Positions 62,315 through 64,000 of a DNA stretch of 64,000 nt are shown piece after piece. The position numbers were made by a program, and so were the translations under genes. Numbering within the stretch: position 1 is the first letter of the stretch; every line of letters begins with the position of its first letter. Under the pieces are notes generated by a model. That model ran no database searches. It saw nothing but the letters and a program-made list of their open reading frames with translations, and was not told where the DNA came from. Source of the DNA: an uncultured virus (IMG/VR IMGVR_UViG_3300009443_000004) (lineage: Duplodnaviria; Heunggongvirae; Uroviricota; Caudoviricetes); the IMG/VR virus record IMGVR_UViG_3300009443_000004, positions 1 through 64,000 of that record; one strand, 5' to 3'.

Positions 62315-63302
62315 AAATTATCAAAAAGAAGAGGAGTTTTATGCAGATAAAGAATTCTGCTTTAGCTACTCTTCTTTAAATAAATTATTATTTTCACCGT
62401 CCCTGTTCTACAAGGACTATATATTAAAAGATAGAGAGGTAAGAACGGATAAACATTTAGTAGAAGGCAAGCTTTTACATTGTTTGTTATTTGAGCCTGA
62501 AAATTTTGAGAGCAAGTTTAACCTTATGCCTGGTAAAATCCCAACAGATTCTGTAAAAAGAGTGCTGAAAGATTTAACACTTCATACAGATGCGGAAACA
62601 CTTGCAGATTGTGAAGACTTTGTTATACTAGACTCGTTAAAGTCAGTCAATCTATATCAGTCTTTGAAAGCTGATGAAGCTAGACTTGCTAAAGTAAGAA
62701 CTGATGACAATGAGTCTTATTGGAAATTCTTAAATAATACTAACAAAGATACAATTGATCAAATGACATTAGATAGGTCAAATGATCAGGTTGATATATT
62801 AAAGGATAAGAAAGATGTAATGGCATTGTTTAGCAATGAGTCAACAGACTTTGAGTTAGATGATTATGAAACACATGCAGAACAATACTTAAGCTGTAAG
62901 TTAAAAGGGATGCCTTTTGGTTTACATGGTTATATAGATTTCTATAGCATAGATCATAAAGAAAAGAGCATTGTTATATCAGACTTAAAGACAACCGGAA
63001 AGACTATATCTGATTTTAAAGAGACTGTTGACTTTTATAACTACTGGTTACAGGCAGCTATATATTGTAAGTTAGTTTGGGACTCTATGGATTCTATAGA
63101 GAACCGTGATGATTATACTATAGAATTTAAATTTGTTGTTATAGACAAATATAACCAAGCTTATGTGTTTGATGTAACTCAGGATACATTAAGTGGATGG
63201 GCGGAAGGATTAGGTGGTGTTTTAAAAGCAGCAGATTACCATTATAAAGAAAGAAACTATGTTTTACCCTATGAATTCTTAGTAAATAAGGTTAACTTAT
63301 AG
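62307..63302 (+). CDS. PD-(D/E)XK exonuclease (RecB/Cas4-like)
   Basis: SYSSL, G..H, GYID, SDLKT, YWLQAAIY. Confidence 0.85.
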   Translation: MNRNYQKEEEFYADKEFCFSYSSLNKLLFSPSLFYKDYILKDREVRTDKHLVEGKLLHCLLFEPENFESKFNLMPGKIPTDSVKRVLKDLTLHTDAETLADCEDFVILDSLKSVNLYQSLKADEARLAKVRTDDNESYWKFLNNTNKDTIDQMTLDRSNDQVDILKDKKDVMALFSNESTDFELDDYETHAEQYLSCKLKGMPFGLHGYIDFYSIDHKEKSIVISDLKTTGKTISDFKETVDFYNYWLQAAIYCKLVWDSMDSIENRDDYTIEFKFVVIDKYNQAYVFDVTQDTLSGWAEGLGGVLKAADYHYKERNYVLPYEFLVNKVNL

Positions 63303-63303
63303 T

Positions 63304-63891
63304 ATGGGAGTATACACAGATTATTTTCAAAAGAGTAAGGTCTTTCTATATCCATTATTGGAGTTAAGGAAAGGCTTAACACATGTTCCAAAGCAAACTT
63401 ATTCTGCTTGGGAGGATGTGTACTCTGTTGAAGATAGAATGTTTTTATGTTTATATAAAACTCCACTGAATGAAAGCTTTCAGAAATTTATTACTGAAAA
63501 TATACATTCAAATAAATATTATGATCAGCACATAGAACTTGCTGAGGGTAAACATTTATTTGTTTTTGACTTTAGTTCGCTTAAGTTTGATTATGATAAC
63601 TTTATTAAAGGCAGTTATTCAAAATATTCTGTTGATAGTAAAGTTAAAATACTAGATTTCTTTGGTAATGATGATAAAGTATCAGAATATATACATTCAT
63701 TTTTATCACCAGAGGATTCACATGAAGAGTATGCTAAATTTTTAGATGTTAGTGTAGAATCACTAGTAGATGTGTATGAAGTATGCACACCTCCAGATCT
63801 AGAAAAGGAGACTCTTATAGATAATAATTATCTATTAGTTAGGTTATTAGAAGATACTTGTATATCTTTGAACCAAATAAAATCAAAATAA
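63304..63891 (+). CDS. Hypothetical protein
   Basis: 195-aa ORF. Confidence 0.7.
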   Translation: MGVYTDYFQKSKVFLYPLLELRKGLTHVPKQTYSAWEDVYSVEDRMFLCLYKTPLNESFQKFITENIHSNKYYDQHIELAEGKHLFVFDFSSLKFDYDNFIKGSYSKYSVDSKVKILDFFGNDDKVSEYIHSFLSPEDSHEEYAKFLDVSVESLVDVYEVCTPPDLEKETLIDNNYLLVRLLEDTCISLNQIKSK

Positions 63892-63895
63892 AATT

Positions 63896-64000
63896 ATGGC
63901 AACAATAGGACAGAACATGATGTTAGTTAACTCTAGCTTCAGAAATGCAAAATCCTTTACAATGATACCTGTGAGTTTAGACTCACCATATACAGAAGCT
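63896..64000 (+). CDS. Partial hypothetical protein (runs off the window)
   Basis: MATIGQNMMLVNSSF... preceded by TATCTTTG at 63863-63870. Confidence 0.65.
   Translation, partial: MATIGQNMMLVNSSFRNAKSFTMIPVSLDSPYTEA

Noticed and set aside
44262..63466. Short minus-strand ORFs in the replication arm other than 50865..51287
   Set aside because: Antisense to supported genes with no promoter or recognisable motifs
1..64000. Stop-codon reassignment (TAG=Gln or TGA=Trp) as in some crAss-like phages
   Set aside because: Genes are long and densely packed under the standard code, TAG and TGA terminate genes normally, and the only interruption seen is a single TAA

Overview
A 64-kb AT-rich segment of a tailed dsDNA phage with the gene content and order of crAss-like phages (Crassvirales), probably infecting a Bacteroidota host (TAnnTTTG promoters, a Bacteroidota-type lipoprotein). 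Bases 1-42267 are a minus-strand late/structural arm: small basic proteins, amidase, IHF-like protein, PD-(D/E)XK nuclease, GroES, terminase, portal, scaffold-like protein, major capsid protein, ring proteins, tail fibres, tail stabilisation/muzzle protein and a partial cargo-like protein. Bases 42518-64000 are a plus-strand early/replication arm: a duplicated early gene, three abutting tRNAs, SF2 helicase, Ung, DnaA-CTD-like protein, DnaB, Sak4-like ATPase, primase, RusA-like resolvase, vWA-peptidase/MoxR module and a second PD-(D/E)XK nuclease. The standard genetic code fits. Most notable observations: (1) a six-copy phage-specific promoter-like motif ACTGCTCCCYTCC-N5-TATG, one copy of which precedes a compact ~90-nt three-way-junction candidate ncRNA ending in a U-tract; (2) a single in-frame TAA splitting the ~2150-codon tail stabilisation gene; (3) further long hairpins and a candidate origin region at the strand switch; (4) a five-gene MoxR/vWA module whose three uncharacterised members share a motif. 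All functional calls come from motif recognition and synteny by eye; no database search was run.
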